Virus record (IMG/VR): IMGVR_UViG_3300017991_000002
Span: 124,001-188,000 of that record
Length of the DNA stretch: 64,000 bases
Strand: one strand, 5' to 3'
Shown: positions 45,647 through 55,050 of the stretch, piece after piece
Layout of the letters: each line of letters starts with the position of its first letter
Numbering within the stretch: the stretch's first letter is position 1
Notes under the pieces: model-generated
Database searches by the model: none
What the model was told of the DNA's origin: nothing
Seen by the model: the letters and a program-made list of their open reading frames with translations, nothing else
Position numbers and translations under genes: made by a program

Positions 45647-48387
45647 TTACGGTGAAGTAAACACGTTACCGCTGCAGTAGAACTTGTCCCAAACGACTTT
45701 CTTGCCGTACTGAGTCCCCAACGCTTTACGAACGACGAAATCGTCGAGGGTAATGGTCGGAGTTTCATACAGCGGGATATACGGTGCATAAATGTAACCG
45801 GTTTCCAGGAATGAAACACCCTTATACCCGACGAGGAAATCCGTCGCCGTCATATAAGGATCTTTGTAACAATCCCATTTCCCTTGAAGAGTCCCAATCT
45901 TCATGACACCCATACCGCCGGTAGCACCAGACGGAACAAAACCAGGCAGAGTTTCGATGATGTTACAAACCTCAACACCAGCGACAACCCAGTTGCCCGT
46001 TGCACGTCTGGTCTGCTGAAAGATCAGGTTAGAGGCTTCAACAAGGGTATCGAGGAATGCCTGTTTGTGCTCTGTCCAGGAAACACCCGTCGGGAGCTTC
46101 CGGTCAAAAGACACGGTACCTGCAGCAGCGATATTGGTCAAATCGCGGATTATTTCGCGGTCAATTTCAAATTTGCACTTTTGTTACTACCATCATTTGA
46201 TGGCGGGCAGGTCATCTCTGCCTGCCTCTCTACGTCACCGTAGAGGTCTGACTATATCTTCACCCACCGCTTCCTGAAGCGGGGAGGGGGCTGCCGTAGC
46301 CTCTGCAGTTTCCCACAGAGACGTAGTCGATGAACTAGAGAAAAGGAAATCTTCAGTCAAAACCAGAAAGTAAGCACTGTTTTTGGAGCACCAAGCTCGA
46401 GCGGCCTCAAACTTCTCCTCACAATAGCTCAAGAAACTTTCAGGTTTGATCTCAACCAGGAACTTTCGCCCGTCAACGAGAGTTACCAGGTAGTCCGGCA
46501 CATAGTGCTGAAACGATCCATAAGGTATTACTACCTCTTCGTACTGAATATTTGCCACGATCAGGTCGGTATCGATCAATTCCAGGAACTTCAATTCATA
46601 CGAAGACCTGTAATAAAATCTTCCCAATCTGCCGCTAAGGTAACCAGTTTTATACTGATTATTATTTCGCCTGCCCTCTGCAATCATCTTGGCCATACCC
46701 AACGAGACCTTCTTCCGATTTTCAGGATCCTTATACCTCTCCACCTGAGCCTCAGAAATCTTCTTTCTCCATTCCGGGGTTATGACCTTACCAAGAGCAC
46801 CCTGACTCATACTTTCCCTAGCCTCTTCTGAGGTATCAGTTCCAAGACGATTTCTTGTCCGTCTTGCAGCATCAGCACATTTCGGATTGTCTTTATTGGC
46901 CTTGGATATACTATCTCGATGAGACTGACTCAATTTAACTCCTTTATGAGACAGGCTCATTTGCTTTTTAGCATATCTTGAGACTATGGCATGATCTTTC
47001 TTATATACGTCAAGATCGATCTCCGGATGTGCATGCCTCAAATGACTAAGCAAATTATGAGCTTTATACTCTTTGCAGATTTGGCAAGTTATTTTTTCCA
47101 TCTTTTCTCCAGCTGCTGATTGTCTCACAGCTCGTGAGAGGTTCCAGCAATTAAGCAGCTTGTAACGCCCAGCATCTCTGCTGAGGGAGCCCAGTTTCGT
47201 TAAGCTCTTCCGCGAGGACCGCAACCAATTCTGCCTCTGCTTCAATCCCGTGAACATTCCGCAGGTTAGCAGCAGCTTCCATTGACCATCGGCTTCTCAG
47301 CTTACGGGTCCGTGCGATGACGGGCGAGCTGGTAAGCACCAAGTCAACCTCAGGCAGATTCGGGTTTCCTTCCATGTTGTAATCATACGTGGAAGTGACC
47401 AGGGTTGTATTATCAATAGTGTTACTAAAAGTCACACTGACTGAACCAGACGAGTAGTCAATGGTTCCTGTTCCATCACCGGTAAATCCCCCTGCTCCAT
47501 CATCCGTAACGGTCAGATCAGAGGCAGCGGCAGTACTGTAACCGGTGACTGTAATCGTACCAGGACGGATTGGGATAAAAGACAGAGAGCCGGTATAAGG
47601 ACCAGTAGTACCATTGGCCGTAGCAACCGTCTCAGACTCGACCTTCTCTGAGCTGTAGTAATCAGCCGCAGCAGTGTAGCCCTGAGTATCTTCAATTACC
47701 TGGCCTTTGCTGATGGCGCCTTTATTGGTACCATAAACAAACTGCAGATAGAAGACGATACTGGCAGGTCCCAGCATAGGCTGAACACTGACCAGATCAG
47801 TAGCGATCAGGTTCGGGAATATAGCTCGAATCAACGGGACTTAATTCTGCTATATTTGTTATTTACAGGGCTCTTTATCCCTGTGCTCCGATTTCTCGGA
47901 GGATCGGATCATATCATCTTCCTGGGTACTATCTTTCAGGAAGCCAGGCGCTCGTGCCTCTGTTACTGCTTTCGCTCGAGAGGTGATCTCTGAACCTTCT
48001 TCAGCCCTGGAGATATTCATCGTTACGTCTGAAGCTTGGCTGCTGATTGTCTTAGATGTAAATATGTCTGACATATGAAGATTTCCAGCAATTCACCTGG
48101 TTATTCGACAGCCATTACTGACTGAAGGCGCTCCCATTTAATCCATAAGTTTTACAGAGTGGCAACGCGAATTTTTCGAAGTTTGCTATTCCCGGAGAAG
48201 TCGTAGTCGTTGTTTCATACAGAGGATCTTTATTGGCGAAAAATCGATGCTGGCTTTCCAGCAAGAAAGCTGTCACCGTTCGCTTATAATCGTCCTCAAT
48301 AGATTCGCAAAGAGGTGACCATTTTGGGGAATTAGCAAGGCTCTCCCCTTTCTGGGTCATCTCTTCAACTAACATTTGCCGTTCCAT
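45647..48387 (-). CDS. Major capsid protein (T4 gp23-like) in three exons: complement(join(45647..46175,47203..47839,48165..48387)), 462 aa
   Basis: Splicing gives ...FEKFA/FPLIRAIFPNLIATDLVSVQPM... and ...LAEEL/KFEIDREII...; gp23 motifs TRKLRSRWSMEAA.NL and YAPYIPL. Joined length 223+637+529=1389 nt. Confidence 0.92.
46176..47202 (-). mobile_element. Group I intron (1027 nt) carrying a putative homing endonuclease
   Basis: The 5' exon ends GAGCU; the intron starts UAACGAAAC and ends G. IGS GGCUC; P AAUUGCUGGAA (47152-47142), Q AAUCAGCAG (47121-47113), R GUUCAUCGACUA (46335-46324), S AAGAUAUAGUC (46260-46250). Confidence 0.92.
46235..47101 (-). CDS. Intron-encoded endonuclease: Zn finger, NUMOD3-like repeats and TnsA-N-like PD-(D/E)XK domain (288 aa)
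   Basis: CQIC...HLRHAH; HKGVKLSQSHRDSISKA and GKVITPEWRKKISEA; YRSSYEL.F...YVPDYLV...LVEIKP. GGAG SD upstream of ATG 47101. Confidence 0.85.
   Translation of the reverse strand: MEKITCQICKEYKAHNLLSHLRHAHPEIDLDVYKKDHAIVSRYAKKQMSLSHKGVKLSQSHRDSISKANKDNPKCADAARRTRNRLGTDTSEEARESMSQGALGKVITPEWRKKISEAQVERYKDPENRKKVSLGMAKMIAEGRRNNNQYKTGYLSGRLGRFYYRSSYELKFLELIDTDLIVANIQYEEVVIPYGSFQHYVPDYLVTLVDGRKFLVEIKPESFLSYCEEKFEAARAWCSKNSAYFLVLTEDFLFSSSSTTSLWETAEATAAPSPLQEAVGEDIVRPLR
47840..48164 (-). ncRNA. Group I intron (325 nt) without an endonuclease ORF
   Basis: The 5' exon ends GCGU and the intron ends G. IGS AAUGGGA-G-CGC (48138-48128) pairs with both exons; P AAUUGCUGGAAA, Q AAUCAGCAG, R GUUCAGAGAUCA, S GAUAUGAUCC. 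Confidence 0.92.
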
Positions 48388-48415
48388 TATTTCCTCCTAA
48401 AAGTAGAGTTAATTC

Positions 48416-50005
48416 TTATCTCCAACCGTGTTTCTTGATAACTTTTCTTGCCAGGACCGCTGAAGAATTGTCCTGGACATCCTCCATGAGCCAACTTTCA
48501 TCATCCTCGTTAAAGTCCAAGGAATCCCCATCACCTTCTTGTCCTTCATACAAGTATCGAGATCCGCCTGTCGGCAGGGGCTCCAAGTCCATTCCTCTCC
48601 CGGAAACTACTGGTGATCCCAATGCTTCCCGGTAACCTTCCAACAAGTTAAGTGTCTGCACCATCTCCTCTTGGCTCTGGCACTGCTCCAGGATAGGTTT
48701 CAGAAACTCGGCATGCGGGTGGTCTTCGAGGATCCCCTCAAGATACGATGTGATCTGGGCCTCGTTCCCTTTTTCGAGCACGGATTCTAAGACATCTACA
48801 GATGCATTGTACTTCTCGGTTATGTCTTCGAGAGCTCCTTCCAACTGCTCTGCATACTCTGACAAAGACTCGATCTGCTTTTCTTGTTCTTCCAATCCTT
48901 CTGCCACTTCAGCAGAGCCCTCTTCGACTCTCTCTTCAAGCCTAGTCGTCAGCTCTTCGATGATTGCTTCAGATGCACCCAATTCCTCTTCCAAGGCGTT
49001 ATATGATTCAGCCATTTCACGGAATCGGTTCTTCATTTCATCGATGACGGCGACAGAGGCATTATACTTCCCCTGGATCTCGTTGAGAGTGCTTTTATCT
49101 TCTACGATAGCAGCCATCTGCTCTTGAAGAAGTTCAACATTCTCATTGATTACTTTATTATCCAGAGTACCATTTTCTTTCTCTTTCGGCATGGTATTTC
49201 CTCCTTCGGATATATTTTTACACTCTTCAGTCCCGTATGGTATCTTGGGTTGAATCAGTTCGTTTGCTTGTGATATCTCCTCTCGCAAAATGGAAACGAC
49301 GTCCTTCGTGCCTTCGGCATCCAGTCCATCGGTGTTCTCTATACTCATAAGGGCACATCTGTGCTCCTCTAATTTCAACGACATCTCAACCAGCTCGGCA
49401 GTTTCCTTTTCTTCCAAATCCTCGAGGTCAAGCCCTTTAAGATAATTGCTTATCTCCTCGAGCTTTGACACTGCCTCTACCGGGGAGAACTCAATACTTT
49501 CTGACAAAACTGCTGGAAAGGCGCCGGCAGTTGAAGGGTTGGCCACGAAGTCCCACGTCTCCAATTTATAATCGTCTTGAACGATCGGTTTGTCCCTCCC
49601 AAGGCTGCCAGTTCCTCGTGAAGAGATACCGACTCGAGTTCCGCCTTTAAACAGTTCTTGGAGTATTTTCCCGTTCGGGGTATCGAGAATTTCTGCCTCC
49701 CCGATTATAGTTCCATCGTCCTGAATATCGACTCCGGTAATTATGTGGGAGACCCTTTGAAGAGATGTTTTACCAGAACTCGGATGGTCCAACTCCCCGA
49801 ACATCCCTCGATTATCAAGCCTATCCCTAACTTTTTGCTCTTTGAGCTTTTTTCCGAACAGACCGTTCGGATAGATCCTACCGTTCTCGTTCTGAACACC
49901 TTCACGTTGGAAGACGCCTTTGACCTTCATCCGCTTCGATCCGTCGCCTTCCTCCAATATCTGGTATTGGAACGGTATCACATCAATAAGTAGTTGCTCT
50001 GTCAT
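48416..50005 (-). CDS. Prohead protease (gp21-like) fused to a coiled-coil scaffold (gp22-like)
   Basis: GVFQREGVQNENGRIYP, GELDHP, RVSHII, ILDTPNGKIL, GISSRGTGS, WDFVANPS; then about 300 aa of acidic coiled coil. Confidence 0.93.
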   Translation of the reverse strand: MTEQLLIDVIPFQYQILEEGDGSKRMKVKGVFQREGVQNENGRIYPNGLFGKKLKEQKVRDRLDNRGMFGELDHPSSGKTSLQRVSHIITGVDIQDDGTIIGEAEILDTPNGKILQELFKGGTRVGISSRGTGSLGRDKPIVQDDYKLETWDFVANPSTAGAFPAVLSESIEFSPVEAVSKLEEISNYLKGLDLEDLEEKETAELVEMSLKLEEHRCALMSIENTDGLDAEGTKDVVSILREEISQANELIQPKIPYGTEECKNISEGGNTMPKEKENGTLDNKVINENVELLQEQMAAIVEDKSTLNEIQGKYNASVAVIDEMKNRFREMAESYNALEEELGASEAIIEELTTRLEERVEEGSAEVAEGLEEQEKQIESLSEYAEQLEGALEDITEKYNASVDVLESVLEKGNEAQITSYLEGILEDHPHAEFLKPILEQCQSQEEMVQTLNLLEGYREALGSPVVSGRGMDLEPLPTGGSRYLYEGQEGDGDSLDFNEDDESWLMEDVQDNSSAVLARKVIKKHGWR

Positions 50006-50016
50006 CGCGTCTCCTT

Positions 50017-50268
50017 CTACTGGATATCTATCTTTCCTTCCGGGAATCCCGGATACTCAGGATAGAAATGAATCTCATTAAAGTTATACAGTGCATCCCA
50101 GGCCAATTCTGGTATTTTTAATTTATGTATAGCGGTGAATACATCCTTTTTCTCCCACTCCACTTCAAAAAGCCTTCCACTCCGTAGAACGACCGTAATC
50201 GTCTCCATATCAAACGGCTCTCTTTTCAGTGTTATGTATGGCTTTTGTATCGGCTGAAAGCCTGTCAT
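50017..50268 (-). CDS. Hypothetical protein
   Basis: 83-aa ORF coupled to the upstream gene. Confidence 0.55.
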   Translation of the reverse strand: MTGFQPIQKPYITLKREPFDMETITVVLRSGRLFEVEWEKKDVFTAIHKLKIPELAWDALYNFNEIHFYPEYPGFPEGKIDIQ

Positions 50269-51266
50269 AGCTCAAACTTCTCCTTAACTATCCTGAATTC
50301 CTCGTCGGTTTTGATATACCCCTGTTTAAGAAGATTTGACTTCCTCCCCCACACTCTCGGATCCAGCCTTATTAACACTTCCACTATCTCTGGTTCATAA
50401 CCGCGGGGCTTACTTACTGCCATCTTCGAGTACCTATTAAATGCTGGCCTATTCTTATCCTCCAACACTTCGAACGCCTCGACCAAAGAATCGCACTCTT
50501 GTCTGAAGTCGCCAAATGCGACCACATACGTATTATCTTCCTCGGATATATAGGACTCAGTCGTTTTATCCTTCTGAATAAGCTGCAGGCTAGATCCTGA
50601 CGTCCACTCCTTCTCATTAGGATTACTCAGATACCTTACCTCATATCCCATATCTTTGGATCCTATAACTATCCCTTCTTTATTTGTTCCCCTATTCCTG
50701 ACACGATCACCCGGAATAAACTTTCTATTTGGGTCTGGTGACTCTTCATTAAGCATTTTTATGGGGCATAGAAGACCTTTACATAAAGGGACAGTTATCG
50801 CCTTATTGAACTCATCAGTGAATGTGACGAAGCCTCTCCTCGCTGGGATTATGGTATACTTTATACCTTTCTTTGACCCCTCTGGGAGAGTTCCAAGAAA
50901 GACAAATTGATCCCCAGGCCTGAGGTACGACAATGTATAATGGGGAATTGGGTTAGAGGAGCTCTTAGCTACCTCCTCGTATGACGCTGTCTGGACAACC
51001 GGGTTGTCAGAATCTGGATGACCATAAGCAGTCATTGACGCCCCTATAATGGTGGATCCACATTTTGGACAAGTGGAAAACCCTCCTTCAGGATCTTCTC
51101 CCTTCATCTCAAACCCACATTCAGCGTTTGTACACCGAACAACCTTTTCAGCTACTACCTTATCACCATCCCGCTTCTTAACGAACCTCTCTACGGCGGC
51201 GCTGGCCTCTAACTCTCCCTTCGCTACCTTGTCAATCATCGATCGTATTTTGGTCTTATTAGACAT
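50265..51266 (-). CDS. Multi-domain hypothetical protein (Zn ribbon, SH3/KOW-like segments)
   Basis: CTNAEC...CPKCG; FIPGDRVRNRGTNKEGIVIG. Confidence 0.7.
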   Translation of the reverse strand: MSNKTKIRSMIDKVAKGELEASAAVERFVKKRDGDKVVAEKVVRCTNAECGFEMKGEDPEGGFSTCPKCGSTIIGASMTAYGHPDSDNPVVQTASYEEVAKSSSNPIPHYTLSYLRPGDQFVFLGTLPEGSKKGIKYTIIPARRGFVTFTDEFNKAITVPLCKGLLCPIKMLNEESPDPNRKFIPGDRVRNRGTNKEGIVIGSKDMGYEVRYLSNPNEKEWTSGSSLQLIQKDKTTESYISEEDNTYVVAFGDFRQECDSLVEAFEVLEDKNRPAFNRYSKMAVSKPRGYEPEIVEVLIRLDPRVWGRKSNLLKQGYIKTDEEFRIVKEKFEL

Positions 51267-51268
51267 GA

Positions 51269-51613
51269 CTAATTTTCCAAAAGACGAGAAGCAATCTCCT
51301 TCGGAGTAGCCTTACCGTCACGAATCTCCTGTATCGACTCATGCAGTAATTTCTTCAGGTCCTTTTTATCTCCCCCTCCACCTGTAATAGGGGACTTCGG
51401 GGAGGAAATGATACGTCCCTTCTTTCTTTGGGATTTATTCTTGCTCATTCTATACAAAGGACTACTCTCCAAAAAACTCTTTGCCTCTTCTTTTTTACCC
51501 TTCGGTGCCTGTACTGCCCCCAAGGAAGATCCCTCCCCTTTTTTGGCAGTAGACTCACTATAACCTTGTAGAAGGCCGCCGAATTCATTTTCATCTATAT
51601 TATGAACTGTCAT
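51269..51613 (-). CDS. Hypothetical head-region protein
   Basis: 114-aa ORF with AGGAGAGG SD. Confidence 0.65.
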   Translation of the reverse strand: MTVHNIDENEFGGLLQGYSESTAKKGEGSSLGAVQAPKGKKEEAKSFLESSPLYRMSKNKSQRKKGRIISSPKSPITGGGGDKKDLKKLLHESIQEIRDGKATPKEIASRLLEN

Positions 51614-51915
51614 ACTAACCCTCTCCTAAAATGCTTACTTACTGTTGTTAAAGATACAGAACCTGCCCCGGGAGAAGCTTTGTCGGAAATTGTGGACCAT
51701 TTGGATTTACTATCGTCCTCCCCAGGCCTTATTCCATGAATCTTCACATACTCAGCTAACAATTGTGGACTCCCATTCACAATACTGTAAAATATTCCTG
51801 CGATTTTTCCATACGGAGTCCCCTCTTTTTTATCTCGGCCTTTACCGGCCAGTAAATGTGACCGACGCCATGCTTTCCGTAACAACTTACTTCCTTTTGT
51901 GTACGTATTCTCCAT
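51610..51915 (-). CDS. Hypothetical head-region protein
   Basis: Likely starts at MENTY (ATG 51915), just after a hairpin; contains PYGKIAGIFYSIV. Confidence 0.6.
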   Translation of the reverse strand: MENTYTKGSKLLRKAWRRSHLLAGKGRDKKEGTPYGKIAGIFYSIVNGSPQLLAEYVKIHGIRPGEDDSKSKWSTISDKASPGAGSVSLTTVSKHFRRGLV

Positions 51916-51926
51916 TGCGGAAAAAT

Positions 51927-51946
51927 GGGGGCCCACAAGGGCCCCC
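51927..51946 (-). terminator. Hairpin with short U-tract
   Basis: GGGGGCCC-TTGT-GGGCCCCC followed by ATTTTT. Confidence 0.65.
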
Positions 51947-51953
51947 TTCCTTA

Positions 51954-52223
51954 TTACGCTGTTGGACTCTTCAATAATGCCACCAGGGCATTAACTTTCT
52001 CGACCGCTGTGTCCAGAGCAGTTTCCAGCTCACCTTTCAATGTATTGAAGGTAGAAACGTCAGCCGAAGCAACCGTCTCCGGCGTGGGCCATTCATTGGT
52101 CACCAGGTCTGCTTTGAACTCGTTGAGATACTTCATACCATTAACATAAATGTTGGCATAAATGTCCCTGATCCCAACATGATCAACGTCTCGAGGTGCT
52201 TGGTTCGGATTTGTAAAAGGCAT
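51954..52223 (-). CDS. Small putative virion protein
   Basis: 89 aa with AAGGAGG SD; C-terminal coiled helix. Confidence 0.7.
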   Translation of the reverse strand: MPFTNPNQAPRDVDHVGIRDIYANIYVNGMKYLNEFKADLVTNEWPTPETVASADVSTFNTLKGELETALDTAVEKVNALVALLKSPTA

Positions 52224-52273
52224 CTTAATCCTCCTTGTTTTCGTTGGCAGGAATACTTACAGTGTTAAAATTC

Positions 52274-52969
52274 CTACTCGAGCATTTTTTTAATACTTTG
52301 AATGTGGATTTCATATCTTGGGTCCTTAAAGCGACGAAGAGTGTACATAAGGTCCTCTAAACGATCGCCAAATAGCTTCAAGTTCGAAAATGGATCAGAT
52401 TGGGAAATCGAAGCAACCAATCGATACAGAGCCGGCCTATGATCTGGATGAGCATCCATCAATAAACGATGCATGCTTGTTTTCAGGGCCCTTTTAAACC
52501 TTGACTTGTCTATGGCACTTCCTATAGTCTGAAATATCCCAAGGGTACCGAGGACAGTGGCTGCCCCTTCCGCCGCAAGAGCCGGCACCAGCAGCTTCTT
52601 TCTTTTTATCTGCGATTTCATCGTCCTATCCATTTTGGACATGTAATCTAGCCTTTTCTTGTTTGCCTCGGGGTCAGAGGAAGTAAAAAGATCATACCCT
52701 CCTTTTTGCCGTTCAAGCTCGGGTGCCATACGGAGTCTTTCAACTTCCAGACCCCTGACATCCTGCATCGTCTTGATTATCTGCGTTGCCACAGCCGCCA
52801 TTGCACCGCCAATCTTAACGATCTCGTCAAGTTTACGGCCGATTCTGGTCCATTTCGTTATCCCGCTTCTCTCATAGAGATCGAACACATACCTCGGTGA
52901 TCGATCCTCATAGAGAATCATATCAACATATGTAGAAACATCAGTCACGTCAAAACCTTTTACGGGCAT
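52274..52969 (-). CDS. Helical protein with hydrophobic segments
   Basis: LLVPALAAEGAATVLGTLGIFQTIG flanked by basic residues. Confidence 0.7.
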   Translation of the reverse strand: MPVKGFDVTDVSTYVDMILYEDRSPRYVFDLYERSGITKWTRIGRKLDEIVKIGGAMAAVATQIIKTMQDVRGLEVERLRMAPELERQKGGYDLFTSSDPEANKKRLDYMSKMDRTMKSQIKRKKLLVPALAAEGAATVLGTLGIFQTIGSAIDKSRFKRALKTSMHRLLMDAHPDHRPALYRLVASISQSDPFSNLKLFGDRLEDLMYTLRRFKDPRYEIHIQSIKKMLE

Positions 52970-53334
52970 GGCTCACCGCTTGGTAACGGCTCCCCTCCGA
53001 TAAAAATAGTTACTGTCGCCTGGTTTCCACTACTATTAGAAAGCAATAGCTGATCAATGTCCGTACCCATCACTATAAAACAAACAGAGAAGGCAATACT
53101 CGATCCCGCAAGTGATGTCTTTAGGCTGATATCCTGATCAGTAAAGATAGCAACGAACTGGGCATCATCAAACGGAATACCTACATCAAAATCTGTCGTC
53201 CCCGTGTCTATGGGAAATATGTAGGTAGCTTCCTCCGGAGTACCGATGGCGCGGGTAAAGTCATACAGCGATCGCTTTCGTTCTGTGTCTGTGGTTTTCC
53301 ACAAAGTTCCTTCTAATGTCCACGTAATTGACAT
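52960..53334 (-). CDS. Hypothetical beta-rich protein
   Basis: 124-aa ORF with GAGGA SD. Confidence 0.65.
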   Translation of the reverse strand: MSITWTLEGTLWKTTDTERKRSLYDFTRAIGTPEEATYIFPIDTGTTDFDVGIPFDDAQFVAIFTDQDISLKTSLAGSSIAFSVCFIVMGTDIDQLLLSNSSGNQATVTIFIGGEPLPSGEPCP

Positions 53335-53346
53335 ATTAATATCCTC

Positions 53347-53886
53347 TTATTTACGGGATTGCCTTACAAAGCTGAGAAAGTCTACAGCAAGATCCTGAAA
53401 CTTTTTAGGCATTTGATAAAACAAATCTTCAGCCTCGTTCTCATCTTTGGCTTTCCTAAAAATAGCCTCCAGCCACTTCATCATTAAAGCTATATCTTTA
53501 TTCTTGGCCCGAGCGTAATCAGGATCATATTTCTTCATGTACTCACGATGAGCAATAGCTCCTGCACCAGCGGTAGCAGCAAGCAAAGGAATAATCCAAC
53601 TATTTTTCTTTAACCAATTCTTGGCCCGGTTCCACAGGCTTGGCTTATACCCGTAGTAAGGGTCTGGATGGTGTCCTCCATAACGTGGCTCATAGGCCGA
53701 AAATGGATCATGCCCTACTCTTGCTTCCCATAAGACAAATTCAAACTGATTATCTTCGTGTAAATCCTCAAAAGACTCCCAGACCTGCCGACGTGGATTG
53801 AAGAATTGAAGAGAAAGCATGCCAGCAGTCTTACCGCTTAAATGCTTTCCATACATGACTTGTTCCATTAACTCGGCAGCAATCAT
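53347..53886 (-). CDS. Hypothetical protein with a hydrophobic helix
   Basis: KKNSWIIPLLAATAGAGAIAHR. Confidence 0.7.
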   Translation of the reverse strand: MIAAELMEQVMYGKHLSGKTAGMLSLQFFNPRRQVWESFEDLHEDNQFEFVLWEARVGHDPFSAYEPRYGGHHPDPYYGYKPSLWNRAKNWLKKNSWIIPLLAATAGAGAIAHREYMKKYDPDYARAKNKDIALMMKWLEAIFRKAKDENEAEDLFYQMPKKFQDLAVDFLSFVRQSRK

Positions 53887-53887
53887 C

Positions 53888-54199
53888 TTACTTTCCCTTC
53901 TTTAGCTTCCGCATATAGGCCTTGATTTTCTTAAGGTTGATCACGGAATACTCTAGCAGCTGGGCCTTTTCAACGAACTCATCTTCTTCGAGATTGGACT
54001 CCCTGAAATCCCAGTTTTCAACATCATCAAAATATTCCTCATCAATCTCATCAACTGTCTGCCAGACCCTTTCGTAAGGGTTGAAGAACTCGACATCAAG
54101 AGCCTCCATGACCATACTTTCCGGGTCAACAAAGTCAGCAGCATCGGCCGCACTGCCTTCAGTTAATACTATATTAATAAGCTCTCTTGCATTCATCAC
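53888..54199 (-). CDS. Small acidic head-region protein
   Basis: 103 aa with AAGGAG SD. Its EFFNPYERVWQT echoes QFFNPRRQVWES in the adjacent downstream gene. Confidence 0.7.
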   Translation of the reverse strand: MMNARELINIVLTEGSAADAADFVDPESMVMEALDVEFFNPYERVWQTVDEIDEEYFDDVENWDFRESNLEEDEFVEKAQLLEYSVINLKKIKAYMRKLKKGK

Positions 54200-54206
54200 C
54201 TGCTCC

Positions 54207-54590
54207 TTATGCAGTTTTGCCGCCTATCTTGACAAGGTAATCAACAACTTTGTCGGCAGCCTTTGAAGACCCGGATACCTTGGAATCTCTCCTGACAACG
54301 ATCAGCTTCTTTCTCGACTCGGGCACAACCTCTACCATTTTCCTTTTGGATATACTCAATGCCCTTCTGACAGCTTTTTGTGCCGCCCCTGTTACTGTAT
54401 TCCCTTTGATACCCTTGGCATCTACAATGGCATGGTTAACAAACTTGCTCCCAATCCTAATCCCCAATGCTGCAAGAAGCCAGCGAACAACATCCCACAC
54501 ATCTTCGTCCATCTCAGACCGCTCCACAGCATGCTCAATCAACTTAAGTTCACGTTTACTTGTATTGAGGATGTACGGGTTGTTACTCAC
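54207..54590 (-). CDS. Basic protein with an amphipathic segment
   Basis: WDVVRWLLAALGIRIGSKF. Confidence 0.65.
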   Translation of the reverse strand: MSNNPYILNTSKRELKLIEHAVERSEMDEDVWDVVRWLLAALGIRIGSKFVNHAIVDAKGIKGNTVTGAAQKAVRRALSISKRKMVEVVPESRKKLIVVRRDSKVSGSSKAADKVVDYLVKIGGKTA

Positions 54591-55050
54591 TTCCCTGGCC
54601 TACTCCGCCCCAAGAAATATCATCGAGAGCAAATCTTATTTTTACTGCGCCATCGTCGCCATTATCGTCCGCCTTGACAGCAAGTCGAATTGCATCCTCT
54701 CTCGGCAACGAGGGCATAAGTATTCTATACTTACCAGTTGCCGTGAACCTCCACGGCATAGCTCGAACACCAACATAGGTAGCAACGCCTGCAGCCATAT
54801 TCCCTTCAGCCGGCCAAAAGCCGTCAGCGGAGAGAGCAAACCAGTTCTCCTCCTCCAACTGTTCCCGATTCGAGTTATCGAAATAGAGCTGAAGTTCAAT
54901 ATAGTCCTCAGTGCCCTTGGTGTAGTCCACAAATATAGATAGCCAGCCGTTCCTGACTCCATAGGCTTCAATATGATTGTCATCGAAATCGTCGGTCAGC
55001 TCACCGCTTGCAACCACCCATTCAATCTCGTCGTTACTCCATCTCGCCAT
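54583..55050 (-). CDS. Beta-sandwich hypothetical protein
   Basis: 155-aa ORF with GGAG SD. Confidence 0.7.
   Translation of the reverse strand: MARWSNDEIEWVVASGELTDDFDDNHIEAYGVRNGWLSIFVDYTKGTEDYIELQLYFDNSNREQLEEENWFALSADGFWPAEGNMAAGVATYVGVRAMPWRFTATGKYRILMPSLPREDAIRLAVKADDNGDDGAVKIRFALDDISWGGVGQGSE

Noticed and set aside
46175-46178. Alternative 3' splice site AAAAG/UGCAAA for intron 2
   Set aside because: It would add a Cys (EELCKFEID) and break the EE(L/I)xxEIDR spacing. The 5' site GAGCU fits the G-U pair with the IGS.
47102-47257. 52-aa N-terminal extension of the intron 2 ORF shown in the ORF track (340 aa)
   Set aside because: It starts out of frame inside exon 2 and crosses P1-P5. 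ATG 47101 has a proper GGAG SD and begins the Zn finger.
47859-48074. 71-aa ORF inside intron 1
   Set aside because: It has no SD and no endonuclease motif, and lies across the ribozyme core; probably incidental.
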